The position numbers and the translations under genes are program-made. Below the pieces are notes generated by a model that saw only the letters and a program-made list of their open reading frames with translations, did no database searches and was not told where the DNA came from. From positions 285,324,001 through 285,388,000 of the forward strand of contig OZ024742.1 of assembly GCA_964016885.1 (NCBI GenBank): a stretch of 64,000 nt of DNA. Direction: 5' to 3'. This document shows, piece by piece, positions 1-10,787 of this stretch (its first letter is position 1; the number at the start of each line of letters is the position of its first letter). The DNA comes from Eledone cirrhosa. Its lineage: Eukaryota.

Positions 1-1041
1 TCGAATGACGCAGCCTTCGTGCTTTGCATCGAAAAACTGGTTCAAGGCCGTCCTCGATGCCAGCACTCTGGCCACATCTTCGCTCTTGATTGCCTCTTCT
101 AATTTACCTGTTAATTCTTTCTCGTTTTTATTCCTATCGGCAGCTAACATCTTGCTATAACTTATTGATTCTGTTCTAATCTCTCTTTTGAGAGATGCCC
201 ACCATCGGTTGTTGACGATTGCACCCGTCAACCTCTCCTTAACTAATCTGCTAATCCGGTTTCTGTAAGTTTCTTTTGCCGGTAAAGACAAATTAAGTTT
301 CCAGTAACCGGGACCCTGTTTATGTGTTTTCTCGAGATTGACTACGCAGGTCACTAATTTGTGATCCGTATAGCCAACCGTGCGCATTTCTGGACAGCTT
401 AATATGTCCCTATCCTTACTTCTAACTAAGAATCTATCTAAGTACGATCTAGATTGACCACTGTGGTTTCTCCAAGTCCAGGTAGGCACAGTTGGAAAAT
501 CTAGTCGATATCTATCGACCAAGTTAAAACGGTCGAGTAACCCCTTGAGGCTGTTACACCCCCCTCTATTAGGACATGCTCCTGCATAGTCCCAACGTGC
601 ATCTAGGATGTCATTCCAATCCCCCGCTAGAAGCAGGGAACGCGACGTCCCCAGAAAAGTCTCCAAACGCTGGAAGAAGTCGGGCCGTTCAGCTCCGAAA
701 GGGGAGTAGCAAGCGACCAGTCTCAAGGTCGCACCTTCACTACTGCCAACGTCTAGCACCAACAAACGACCCTCCGGGTCCGAGTGAACAACCTGTACGG
801 CAAGACCCAGGTGTTTTTGCAGCAGTACGACAACCCCACCCCCACCTCCAGGTTGACAGAGAGATGCATGCACCTCAAAGTCATCGAAGGTAGGGGTCAG
901 CTGCCGCACGATGCTGATCCGAGTCTCACAGATAACCATTACATTTATACCACATGACCTGAGGTCATTTAGAAGCTTTGCTTGCTTCCAAGTTGAGCCC
1001 AGGCCACGTGCATTCAAACATCCTACTCTTAACACATCCAT
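1..1041 (-). CDS. LINE ORF2 N-terminus, apurinic-like endonuclease (open to window edge; missed by ORF track)
   Basis: Manual translation from ATG 1041 gives MDVLRVGCLNARGLG..VICETR..AGDWND..TWTW..SYLDRFL..TDHKLV..GPGYWKLN. No stop in this frame down to base 1. Confidence 0.92.
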   Translation of the reverse strand, partial: MDVLRVGCLNARGLGSTWKQAKLLNDLRSCGINVMVICETRISIVRQLTPTFDDFEVHASLCQPGGGGGVVVLLQKHLGLAVQVVHSDPEGRLLVLDVGSSEGATLRLVACYSPFGAERPDFFQRLETFLGTSRSLLLAGDWNDILDARWDYAGACPNRGGCNSLKGLLDRFNLVDRYRLDFPTVPTWTWRNHSGQSRSYLDRFLVRSKDRDILSCPEMRTVGYTDHKLVTCVVNLEKTHKQGPGYWKLNLSLPAKETYRNRISRLVKERLTGAIVNNRWWASLKREIRTESISYSKMLAADRNKNEKELTGKLEEAIKSEDVARVLASRTALNQFFDAKHEGCVIR

Positions 1042-1074
1042 GTGGGCGGCAGAGCCAAAGGAGAGTGTAGAGAC

Positions 1075-2985
1075 CTACCTTTCTGCTTCCCGGGGTTCGG
1101 GTCGCACGACTTCCATGGGGTCCGGGGTGTTGGGTGAAGGGGTGTCTTGTGGTGGTGTGGGGTCGTCAGTGTGTGGTGGGGTTGGGGTGTTTGGAGTTGT
1201 GTTGGGGAGGGGAAGGGGAGGGGGAAAGCTTTTTAGTAGGACGCGGTTTATGGGTTTGACAGAGGGTGGTCCTACGTCCTCCTTAAAATCCTTTTTTAGA
1301 TTTTGGTAGAGGTTCATTGGGATCTTTATTAATTTTAAATGTGGGTAGTTTTCTGAAGAAACAAAGTTTACACCTTCGGTTTGTACCGAAGGATTATTGT
1401 TTATGAGTTCATTTAATTTATTATTGTTTCTGTTGATGTAAGTATAGTGTAATGTCTTTTTTTCGGATGGTGTGAGTGTTTCGAAGAGGGGAGGGGCAGG
1501 TTTTGTTTTGTTTGTTGCTGGAGGGGTGTTTTGTGTTTTGTTGGATTGTGTTGACATTTGGGTGGGAGTTGTTTGGCCTTGTGTGTTTTGCACATGTTTT
1601 CTTTTTTTCCTTTTAATCTGTCTGAAGGACTCCGTTTCTTCCTCCGAATTCGTTGGGTTATCTTCAGTGTTGGAGGGAAGAGGTATGTTTGCTGGTAATG
1701 TTTCCGTGTTGGTTTTCTTTGTGGGGGAGATGGATGTCACTATGTTAGACTGTGTTGTGTGTTGTGGCTGCGGTGGTTGTGTTGTTTTATTGAGTGAGGG
1801 GTTGGGTGGGCCTGTATTTTGTTTTGGGGTAATGTGTTGTGACTGTTTGTGTTGTGGTGATGGTGTAGTTTTACTGAGTGACGGGTTGGGTGGGACTGAG
1901 TTTTGTTGTTTGTTTATCTGTTGTGGTGGTGGTGGTGGAGTTGGTGTTGGTAGCAGGGTTTTCTTTTTGTTGAGTTGGGGACAAGCCGCCTTCAGGTGCC
2001 CTCTGCCTGCACAGATATGACAGGACGGTCTTCTCCCCATCCACGCTAATGTTTATATACCCGTGGCCCTCTAATAGGATTCTGTCGAGTATTTGGGCGA
2101 TGCGTTCAGGCTTTATTTGCACTACAAGCTCTATACCTGTTCCACTGAACGCATTGCCTGTGGTTTTCCCAATGGAAATCACGTTGTCATTCGCTGGATC
2201 AATGAAGCCAGCTATGAGCCAGCAGTAGTCCACATCTGGCATCATTGCATCCAGCCATATGCGTTGAGTTCTTTTACCCATATAAGATGGATAAAAGGTA
2301 AAATTTTTCGAACGAATCGGTGACAAAGCACATTTTTTTGCCGCCGATTCGTTCTTCATAATAATCGCTAGGCTTCCATACAGTCTGTCTTTTCTTATGA
2401 AAGTGGTTTCATTAAGTACTTCTGTGAGTACTGTTTTGATTTCTGTTTGAGTTGGCTGTTCAGGTTTTTTAGAAGTGTTGTTGATGGTGCGGAAAACGAC
2501 CGTTCGACTTTCAATGTCTTTGGTGAGTTCTTGAGGCATTTTTACCGATAAAATACCATTCTCTCCTTCAGTTATATATTGTTTGGCGTCTGCAATTCTT
2601 TGTGCCACATCTGAAATATTTTCAGGTATATATGTCAAAGATTTCTTTGTTGTTTGTGCAAATGAAATCTTATTGGTGTTGACTTTGTCGTCTGCTTTGC
2701 ATTCTGTTATGATGTTGTTTTCAAATGTTATTTTTGTGTTTGTTGTGTCTTTGTTTGTGGTATTAATATTGTCATGCAATTTTTCAAATTTTTATTTTCG
2801 TTGTTGGAATCCATGTCCAGATTTGTGTTTTCGTCATTTTTCTCCGCAGATTCGTCTGTTTTTATTTTATTTTTTCCTTCCTTCTCTATGACGTTAGTTG
2901 GGAAGGAAGGGGGGACTAAAGCGTGCGAGCTTACAACTCTTACCGCTGTCCCCCCACCACTATTTTCGTTAGCTTCGTTTAACAT
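1075..2985 (-). pseudogene. LINE ORF1 (gag-like, zinc knuckle CHICAGRGHLKAAC, Pro/Thr/Gln-rich tail), split by two frameshifts
   Basis: Overlapping ORFs 2728-2985, 1871-2779 and 1075-2040 join at short homopolymers near 2780 and 2040. Carries a CX2CX4HX4C motif. Confidence 0.8.
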
Positions 2986-3239
2986 TTCTGTCAGACGATT
3001 GAAATTTTTTTATGCCACAAAAAAAAAAAAAACAGGTTTTTCACCCCTAGGAGGGGTAAAGATGAGCTGACCCACCACCTGACAGTTCAGACGATGGGGG
3101 GAGGGGGGGGGGGGTCAAGCTACACAATTGTATCAAAATTAAAATTGAACTTACAAAATTTCCGCAATAAATTTGAACAAAACTTCTGCGCGAAGTGAAT
3201 TACATCTACGCTGTAGAACAGACGACAGCTAGATTATGG

Positions 3240-3418
<179 letters not shown>

Positions 3419-3504
3419 ATATATTACTTTGATTTAAATAATCAATTTGATTAAAATAACAGGAGGCCGGACTGGTAATATTCCTTTAAAGTTTTGTTAC
3501 AAAA

Positions 3505-3562
3505 ACACTATATATATTTCAATGGCCTGGTTACCTAAGACACTGTCGACATCATCAGGTGC
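3505..3562 (-). ncRNA. Type I hammerhead-like motif in PLE pLTR remnant
   Basis: Minus strand reads gcac CTGATGA ... GAAA tatata TA gtgt, with palindromic stem III. Homologous to 25218-25275. Stem II is irregular. Confidence 0.5.
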
Positions 3563-3679
3563 GGATTGCACAATTAGATAATCAATAAAGGAATTACGGA
3601 AAACATAAACAGAGAATATAGAAAATATTTGATTCAGAAATGGCCGGTGAAATAGGTGTTATTGTTGCTTATTCGGAGA

Positions 3680-4350
3680 TGGTCTGGGTTCACCCTCTAT
3701 CTATAATGCGGTTTTGACTAGGTTACTCTGTTCCAGACAACAAGATAGCTTAGTCAATCATACAAGTAACAGACTAGGAAAGAAAAAATAGAAATTAAAG
3801 CGAGTAGCCCCCTCACTTAAATACTTAACATCATGCCACCTGCCCTCCGTTTCACTTTCTGGGTTTACCCTCTATATGTGATGTAGTTTTCACTAGTTTA
3901 CTATATCCCAGACATGAACACAGCAGGATAGTTAGCTTAGTCAATCAACCATGTAACAGAATAGGAGAGAAAACCTAAATCTTCAGTAGCTGCCGCCCCC
4001 AAATTATTAACCTCATAGCACTTGCCCCCACGCCTCACTTTCTGGATTCACCCTCTATATCTGATAAGGGTTTTGACTAGGTTACTCTGTTCCAGACTTG
4101 AACAGAGCAAAATATTAGCTTAGTCAATCAAACAAGTTGCAGAATAAAGCAACTAGAACTTCAGACGAGTAGTCGCCTCGCTCAAATACTTAAACACATA
4201 CCAAATGCCACACACCCTCCTCCTCATCCTCCTCTCTTCTGCTGGGCTGGCCTTGTATATATGATGAGATGCGGTTTTGGCTGTTACTATATTCCAGACA
4301 TGGACAGAGATAGACACAGCAAGATAGTTAGCTAAGTCAACGATTATCAC
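3680..4350. repeat. Degenerate tandem repeat, ~175-200 bp unit, ~3.5 copies
   Basis: Recurring blocks caccctctat...gttttgactaggttactctgttccagac...tagcttagtcaatca near 3690, 3865, 4048 and 4270. Confidence 0.8.
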
Positions 4351-4675
4351 ATGCCAGCATTTATAAAACAAAAAATAAAATGAACTATAAAATAACTAGA
4401 GATTATGTAATTAGAATTTATATATATATATATAATTTTAAAAAAAAAGCAGAAAGGAAACTATAGAAATGAAGAGAAACGAGATAAATGTGCGGAATAA
4501 GCTGGAAATTAGTTTAGTATTGGCACAATGTAGAGAAAAGGTTAGGCTGACATTATATATCTTATCGATTTGTTAGTGGGTCTCTTTTTTTTCTTTCTCA
4601 ATAATCAGTGAAAACTCCACACCCACTAATAAACACACACATACACACATAAATGTATATACATAAACGCATAAT

Positions 4676-4720
<45 letters not shown>

Positions 4721-4759
4721 CACGCACACACGTGTATATTTAAATATGTATATATACCT

Positions 4760-4790
<31 letters not shown>

Positions 4791-4861
4791 CATACAAATA
4801 CATACACATACACACACATATATCATATGTAAATCATATATATATATATCATATATATATC

Positions 4862-4931
<70 letters not shown>

Positions 4932-5344
4932 GCTAAACCATACCCACATATATATGCTGTTATAAATACACTAATGTATAAATGTATAAATAATGATATG
5001 CACACACACACATTATGTCGATATATAGTTACATTCGTGCTGTGAAAATGGTTTCGTGTGTCTTTACTAAATGTAATAATGATGCCGATGGGGAATATAA
5101 AAAAAAAAGCAAGAGTATCAAAGTAATCGGTGGGTAGTTCAGTAAAAAGAGGAGGAATTATTAATGTCACATCTTTTTATTTGTCAATAAGATGATTTTA
5201 TCCATTCCACCAATGACAAGGAAAAGGTTTAATTGCTTCCAGAAAACGAATTTTTATTTCTCTGAAAGAAAAAAAAAATCCTGCCTTAAAAAATGCCACA
5301 TCTAAAGCATTAATGTAACCGGTGGAAATACATCAAATAGCTAC

Positions 5345-6190
5345 ATCAGAGATTCAATGAGCGACTATTTCAATATATTGTGCTCCCACGCAACAGCTCA
5401 AAATGTCACCTTAATAACTATAGGAGAGGAATCTTTGAGCGATCGTTTACATATATTGTATTCCCACGCAACAGCGCAAAATGTCACCTCAATAGCTATA
5501 GAAGAGGAATCTTTGAGCGACTATTTCAATATATATTGTATTCTAAAACAGATCAAAATGTCACCTTAATAGCTATAGGAGAAGAATCTTTGAGCGACCA
5601 TTTTTATATATTGTATTCCCACGTAACAGCACAAAATGTCACCTCAATAGTTTATATAAGAGGAATCTTTGAGCGACTATTTCAATATATTGTTTCAACA
5701 CAACAGCTCAAAATGACACCTCAATAGTTATAGAAGAGAAATTTGAGCGACTATTTCAATGTATTGTGTTCTAAACAGCTCAAAATGACACCTCAATAGC
5801 TATAGAAGAGAAATTTGAGCCACTATTTCAATGTATTGTGTTCTAAACAGCTCAAAATGACACCTCAAAACTATACAAGGGTCATTGAGCCACTATTTCA
5901 GCTTAAATTGTAACCTCAATAGTTAGAAATGAGACATATGAGTGTATATTTTTATATTGTGTTTCACCACAACAGCTCAAAATATTACATCAATTGTCAT
6001 ATAAAAGTCATTTGAGCGACTATTTCAATATATTGGGTTCTAACACACAGCCCAAAATGTCCCCTCATTAGCTAAATAAGGGCAATTGAACGACCGTTTC
6101 AATGCACAACAGTTCAAAATGTCACCTCAGTAGCTCCATTAGTGTTATTTGAGTTACTATTTCAACATATTGTGTTTCAACACAACAGCT
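5345..6190. repeat. Minisatellite, ~70-79 bp unit
   Basis: gagcgactatttcaatatattg...acagctcaaaatgtcacctcaatagcta is repeated about 11 times and decays rightwards. Confidence 0.9.
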
Positions 6191-6499
6191 GTTCCGACCT
6201 AGGGAGTGATGTGCTTTACCAAATCTTAAAATGCTCAAGACATGCCGTGTACCAGGATGGCATCGTTACAACTCCTCCATCAGAAATTAAGAGGCCTTTA
6301 CTTTTACCTAATATTATAACATAGCTAAAATTGAATCTCGTGGACAGGCCAAACCTAAAAGCCCCCCCCCCCCCATATTGGACATTTGGAATGGACTTTC
6401 GATTTTATGAGGGCGTACGTGTCCACAAGCCTCAATTTCTTTTATTGTTAATTATATAGTTGACTTATTTTTTTTTCCATGTCTATAACATTAGTAACG

Positions 6500-7060
6500 T
6501 GGGCAGTAAATTGGCAGAATCGTTAGAACGTCGGATAGAATGCTTTGCTGTATTCGTTCTGGCTTTCTGCTTTCTGAGTTCAAATCCTGCCGAGGTCAAT
6601 TTGCCTTTCATCCTTTCGAGTTCGATAAAAAGGGCGACGGATTGGCAGTATCGGTAGAGCGTCGGAAAACATGCTTTGCGGCTTATAGTTACAGCCATTT
6701 ACGTTCTGAGTTCAAATCCCGCGAAGATTAAGCTTTGCATTTTATCCTTACGGGATCGATAATATAAAGTACCTGTAATGCACTGGGGTCAATTTAATTG
6801 ACTTTTGCCTCCCCCAAAAATGTTTGGCCTTGTTCCTAAATCAAAAACCATTACTATTGGATTGGTGAGCATTGGTCAACAAGCTTTGTGGCATTTAGTT
6901 ACGGCCCTTTACGGTCTGAGTTCAAATCTCGCCGAAGTTAGCTTTGCTTTTCATCCTTTCGAGTTCGATAAAATAAAACACCAGTAACGCATTGGGGTGA
7001 ATCTAATCGACTTTACCCTTCCCCAAAATTGTTGACCTTGTGCCTAAATCAGAAACCATT
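6500..7060 (+). mobile_element. Three tandem tRNA-derived SINE copies
   Basis: Pol III A/B-box-like head (tggcag..tcggtag; gagttcaaatc), conserved core tttgcctttcatcctt.cggggtcgataaaat, tail ggccttgtgcc. Confidence 0.85.
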
Positions 7061-7454
7061 ATATCAACAACAGAAATATAATTACTTTGGTCCGATCTGA
7101 CGGTCAGTTTATTTTCTTTGTTTTACTCCATTAGATTAGAGAATAGATTGGAGTGAGTTGCCGTTATGTTAACAAAAACAAAATGGCTAATGACTTTCTC
7201 GCAAAATTGATACAAAAGTAATAATTTTTTGCTCAAAATTAGATTTCCAATTATTGGTATGTTGTTGTTTGTATGTATAAAATTGTATGTGGTTACATAA
7301 GACCATAACAAAGAACACTGTCGGTAATATATTGTATGACAAATTTTGTATGATGATAAGAGAGATGGGGAGAGCGAGAAAAACGAAGGCAGTGACTATA
7401 CTATGTAGAGTTAAGTGATTTTAAGAGGGACAGACTCTTCACTCAAACTTGAAC

Positions 7455-7540
7455 AGTGATTCGGCCGTACTCCGGAGGCAAAATGTCGAAGGCATTGCCA
7501 CAAAGAATAGCCTGTGACACCCGCTGCAACAGCCACCTCT
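7455..7540 (-). mobile_element. CRE-clade LINE extreme 3' fragment
   Basis: Translates WLLQRVSQAILCGNAFDIL, matching WLFQRISLTILRGNAFSIL in the CRE fragment at 25575-26003. Confidence 0.7.
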
Positions 7541-8416
7541 CCTCTTTCTCTCTCTTTTTTCTCTCGTTCTCTCGCTCGCCCTCTCAATCTCTCCCACACA
7601 GCTTAAGGCTGGCGAGTCAAATATTGCTCGATGTTGCTCGACCGAGAAATGTTAACAGCAAATGAGATCTACATACAAAACGTCTCAACTAGACATTAAT
7701 AAGGACAGAAAATACTTGAAAATACACCACAAAACTATCAAATGTTTTAGAGAATATTCTGTAACGATACTGGAGAGCGATAAACTTCTGGTAAACAAGG
7801 TTTCATCATCGATCCACAGCCTTTATACCATTTAACCATTTTATTTGATTTTGAGAGATACTTGTTACACAATCTCATTGATTTTAAATCTAAACCCATT
7901 GAGTATGTATGTATGTTCTTCTGGTTTTATAATTTCACAAAGAATTCGAATAAAAGGTGTCTTCAGAAGGGATAGTTGGAAGAATAACCAGTTATTCAAC
8001 CTGGCTGTAGTTGTGGCATTACTGTCGGAGATAGTATTCATCTTAAATTTAATAAATAGTCTCCCACGCCAAAATATGCGACTGATCGCGTTGACTGATG
8101 TATGTATGTATGTATGGACTCGTAACTTCCGAGGGAGTTGTAAGGATGCCGTATTGACATACAGCGTTTCTAGGGCATTGTTTTAAACCTGACGGAGCCC
8201 ATCTCCTCTCCAGGTCTGAATACAGCAAATTTTTTTCCAGAGAAGGATAGAGAGTGAGACAAAAAAAAAAAGATATAGAGGAAGAATCGCCCCCAATACT
8301 AGAGTGGTACTTCTTTATCGACCTTATGAAGACATTTATGTATAAACATGGATATATTTGCTACCGAAGAAAAATATTTTTTCGTAACGAAACGAAAATA
8401 CGAAAACAATTATGTT

Positions 8417-8483
8417 TTAGATGACCATTGTCATCTTCTTGTTCTAGCAGAGCTAGAACAAGAAGATGACAATGGTTGTCTAA
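8417..8483 (+). other. Fully paired 32-bp hairpin with 3-nt loop
   Basis: ttagatgaccattgtcatcttcttgttctagc-aga-gctagaacaagaagatgacaatggttgtctaa; the only non-Watson-Crick pairs are two G.U. Confidence 0.9.
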
Positions 8484-8718
8484 TGCTCATATATGACTTC
8501 ATATACACCTCTATTGTGCTTAAACGCTGTCTTTGTGCTGTTGCCAAGTAAGAAATAACATTACTTACATTCAAAATGGTTTAGTTTACATTCTCCTATA
8601 AATATACTTAGAGAAGAGGCATTAAAGCTTTAATAAAGGGAAAGAGAAATAATACTTTTTTCGTAGAGAAGAAACACAAACAGACAGAAACAGCAGCTAC
8701 ATATGAATATTATATTAG

Positions 8719-8919
8719 AGGGCGGTGGATTGGCAGTATCGGTAGAGGGTCGGACGCCATGCTATGACGCATAGAGTTGCGGCCCTAGCCATTCTGAGTT
8801 AACGGCCCTAGCTATTCTGAGGTTAACTTTGCCTTTCATCCTTACGGGGTCGATAAAATAAAGTACCAGTAATGCACTGGGTTAATTGCCGGCCTTGTGC
8901 CAAAAGTAGAAACAATTAT
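8719..8919 (+). mobile_element. tRNA-derived SINE
   Basis: ggcggtggattggcagtatcggtagag head, core, and ggccttgtgccaaaagtagaaacaattat tail. Confidence 0.88.
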
Positions 8920-8984
8920 ATTAGAGGAATAACTAATTAAGTTGAAACCTAATTAAATTAAATTAATAGTAAGTGAAAATAATT

Positions 8985-9168
8985 CTTTCTGATTTAGGCA
9001 CAAGGCTAACAAATTTGGAGGAGAGGCAAAAGTCGATTAAATCGACTCCGTTAGGATGAAAGGCAAAACTAACCTCGGCGGAATTTGAACTTAGAACACA
9101 AAGGGACGTGACTATATGCCGCACAGTATGCTGTCAGACGCTCTACCGATACTACAAATCCACTGCCC
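8985..9168 (-). mobile_element. tRNA-derived SINE, inverted relative to neighbour
   Basis: Reverse complement of the same family. Confidence 0.82.
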
Positions 9169-9439
9169 TTTGTGCTAGAACAAATAATGCAAAGTATTTG
9201 TCCACCACTCTAACGATTCTACCGACACACCGCCTACTAGTGTACAGTAAGTGCCCAGCTTACGAACGAGTTACGTTCGTTAGTTGATCGTCTAACACAG
9301 TACGTACCAGTAAGCCCATATATGTTACATTGATACTGCAGGTTTCCATATGAGTGATATAAATAAATAAATAAATAATATATATATATATATATATATG
9401 GCCATGGCCTCCAAATAGCTGATACTCAAAAACTCAGCA

Positions 9440-10315
9440 ATGTCCAGTAGTGCTAAGTTTAATATTCTGATCGCAGACTTGGTACGAGTGATGAAGAACG
9501 TGTCCCGCATGTGCGACCCAACAGAAATGGAAAGACACATCCAACATTTCATCAACCGCATGCAGTTCTCTGGCTACAACCAAAGAGACAGAATCAGAGT
9601 ATACGAAGGAGCCACGGAGAAGTATAAGACCCTCATAGAACTGGACATGAAAGGAATTTTCCCATTATACAGGAGCAAATCATGGAATAGCTTAGATAGG
9701 GCTAGACATAAGATAGGGAAAGCCACCTCATGGTACGACAACCAGAGATACCAGAGTGTCATGTTTGTGGACGCTACCCCTGGAGGGAAATTAGTTAACC
9801 AGTGTAGAAAGGTCCTGAGAAAGACCCACTTAAAGATTAAGGTGGTAGAAAAGCCAGGAACCACCATAAAATCCCTGATCAGCAAAACCTACCCTTTTAA
9901 GAAAACCCACCGTACTAATAGGAAATGTATCATATGTAGAGTAAACCCCCGGATAAACTGTAAAACTAGAAACGTAGTCTATAGCATAAGATGTACAGAG
10001 GGTACTTGCAGAAACATGACAACAACATACATAGGCGAGACAGCTCGTAGCATAGGTGAAAGGATAGACCAACACTGGGGGGAACTAAAAGGACGAAAAA
10101 ACGGTTCAGTACTATACGAACATGCCAGACAACAACACAACGGTAACATAGACAACATAGAAGTTAGAATAATATCTAAACATAGAAATGACCCAGCAGA
10201 TAGGCAAATCAGAGAGGCCAGCGAAATAGAACTTAGAAGGCCAAGGCTAAACAGAAAAAATGAATGGAATAACAACAACACCCAAGCAAACAACGTTGAC
10301 CTAAGAGAAGTATAA
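9440..10315 (+). CDS. PLE thumb/linker/GIY-YIG endonuclease (upstream partial copy)
   Basis: CIIC..C..NVVYSIRC....C...YIGETARS..ER..QH; LYEH; REASEI..RPRLNRKNEW. Confidence 0.85.
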   Translation: MSSSAKFNILIADLVRVMKNVSRMCDPTEMERHIQHFINRMQFSGYNQRDRIRVYEGATEKYKTLIELDMKGIFPLYRSKSWNSLDRARHKIGKATSWYDNQRYQSVMFVDATPGGKLVNQCRKVLRKTHLKIKVVEKPGTTIKSLISKTYPFKKTHRTNRKCIICRVNPRINCKTRNVVYSIRCTEGTCRNMTTTYIGETARSIGERIDQHWGELKGRKNGSVLYEHARQQHNGNIDNIEVRIISKHRNDPADRQIREASEIELRRPRLNRKNEWNNNNTQANNVDLREV

Positions 10316-10569
10316 ATAAATAAATAAATAAATACATACATACACAAGCACAATAACAACAAACACATATAAACACACACTAGTAAACTAAGATAGAATA
10401 CATTAACCAATACACAGTCACCCAAACAAGAACACACATTAAACAAAACACTATACACACACGCAAACGCATGCGCAGAGAAGACAAAAAAATAAACAAA
10501 TAAATAAATAAATAAACAGACTAAATAAAGATGGCGTAAGCATACAATGCGACGGGAGGAAACATAATA

Positions 10570-10620
10570 GCAACACTGACGATGTTGCAGATGTGCAACG
10601 AAAGAACTTTGATAGACTAT
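10570..10620 (+). ncRNA. Minimal type I hammerhead ribozyme motif (second copy ~14848-14898 has a stem II mismatch)
   Basis: ca CTGACGA t gttgca gatg tgcaac GAAA gaac TT tg. Same position and gaac stem III as the cleaner motif in the 55-59 kb family. Confidence 0.65.
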
Positions 10621-10787
10621 ATATATGTGTTTGTGTCTATATTGTATCTGTATTTTTGACCGTTGGTCAGTCAATGGCAACATTGAGGACCGAATAAATT
10701 AAATTAACCGATATAAAAGACACAGAAGCGAAAACCAACCAAACAGTGAGTGTGTTCTGTTATTAATTCTGGAAATATTACACAAAT

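Larger units (their letters stand above)
1..3110 (-). mobile_element. L1/Tx1-clade non-LTR retrotransposon, 5' portion (continues beyond window start)
   Basis: Gag-like ORF1 with CCHC knuckle is followed by ORF2 starting with an APE endonuclease. The 5' boundary (~3100) is approximate. Confidence 0.88.

Noticed and set aside
8348-8551. Host protein-coding exon or 67-aa ORF
   Set aside because: No recognisable domain, half of it is a palindrome, and there are no partner exons.
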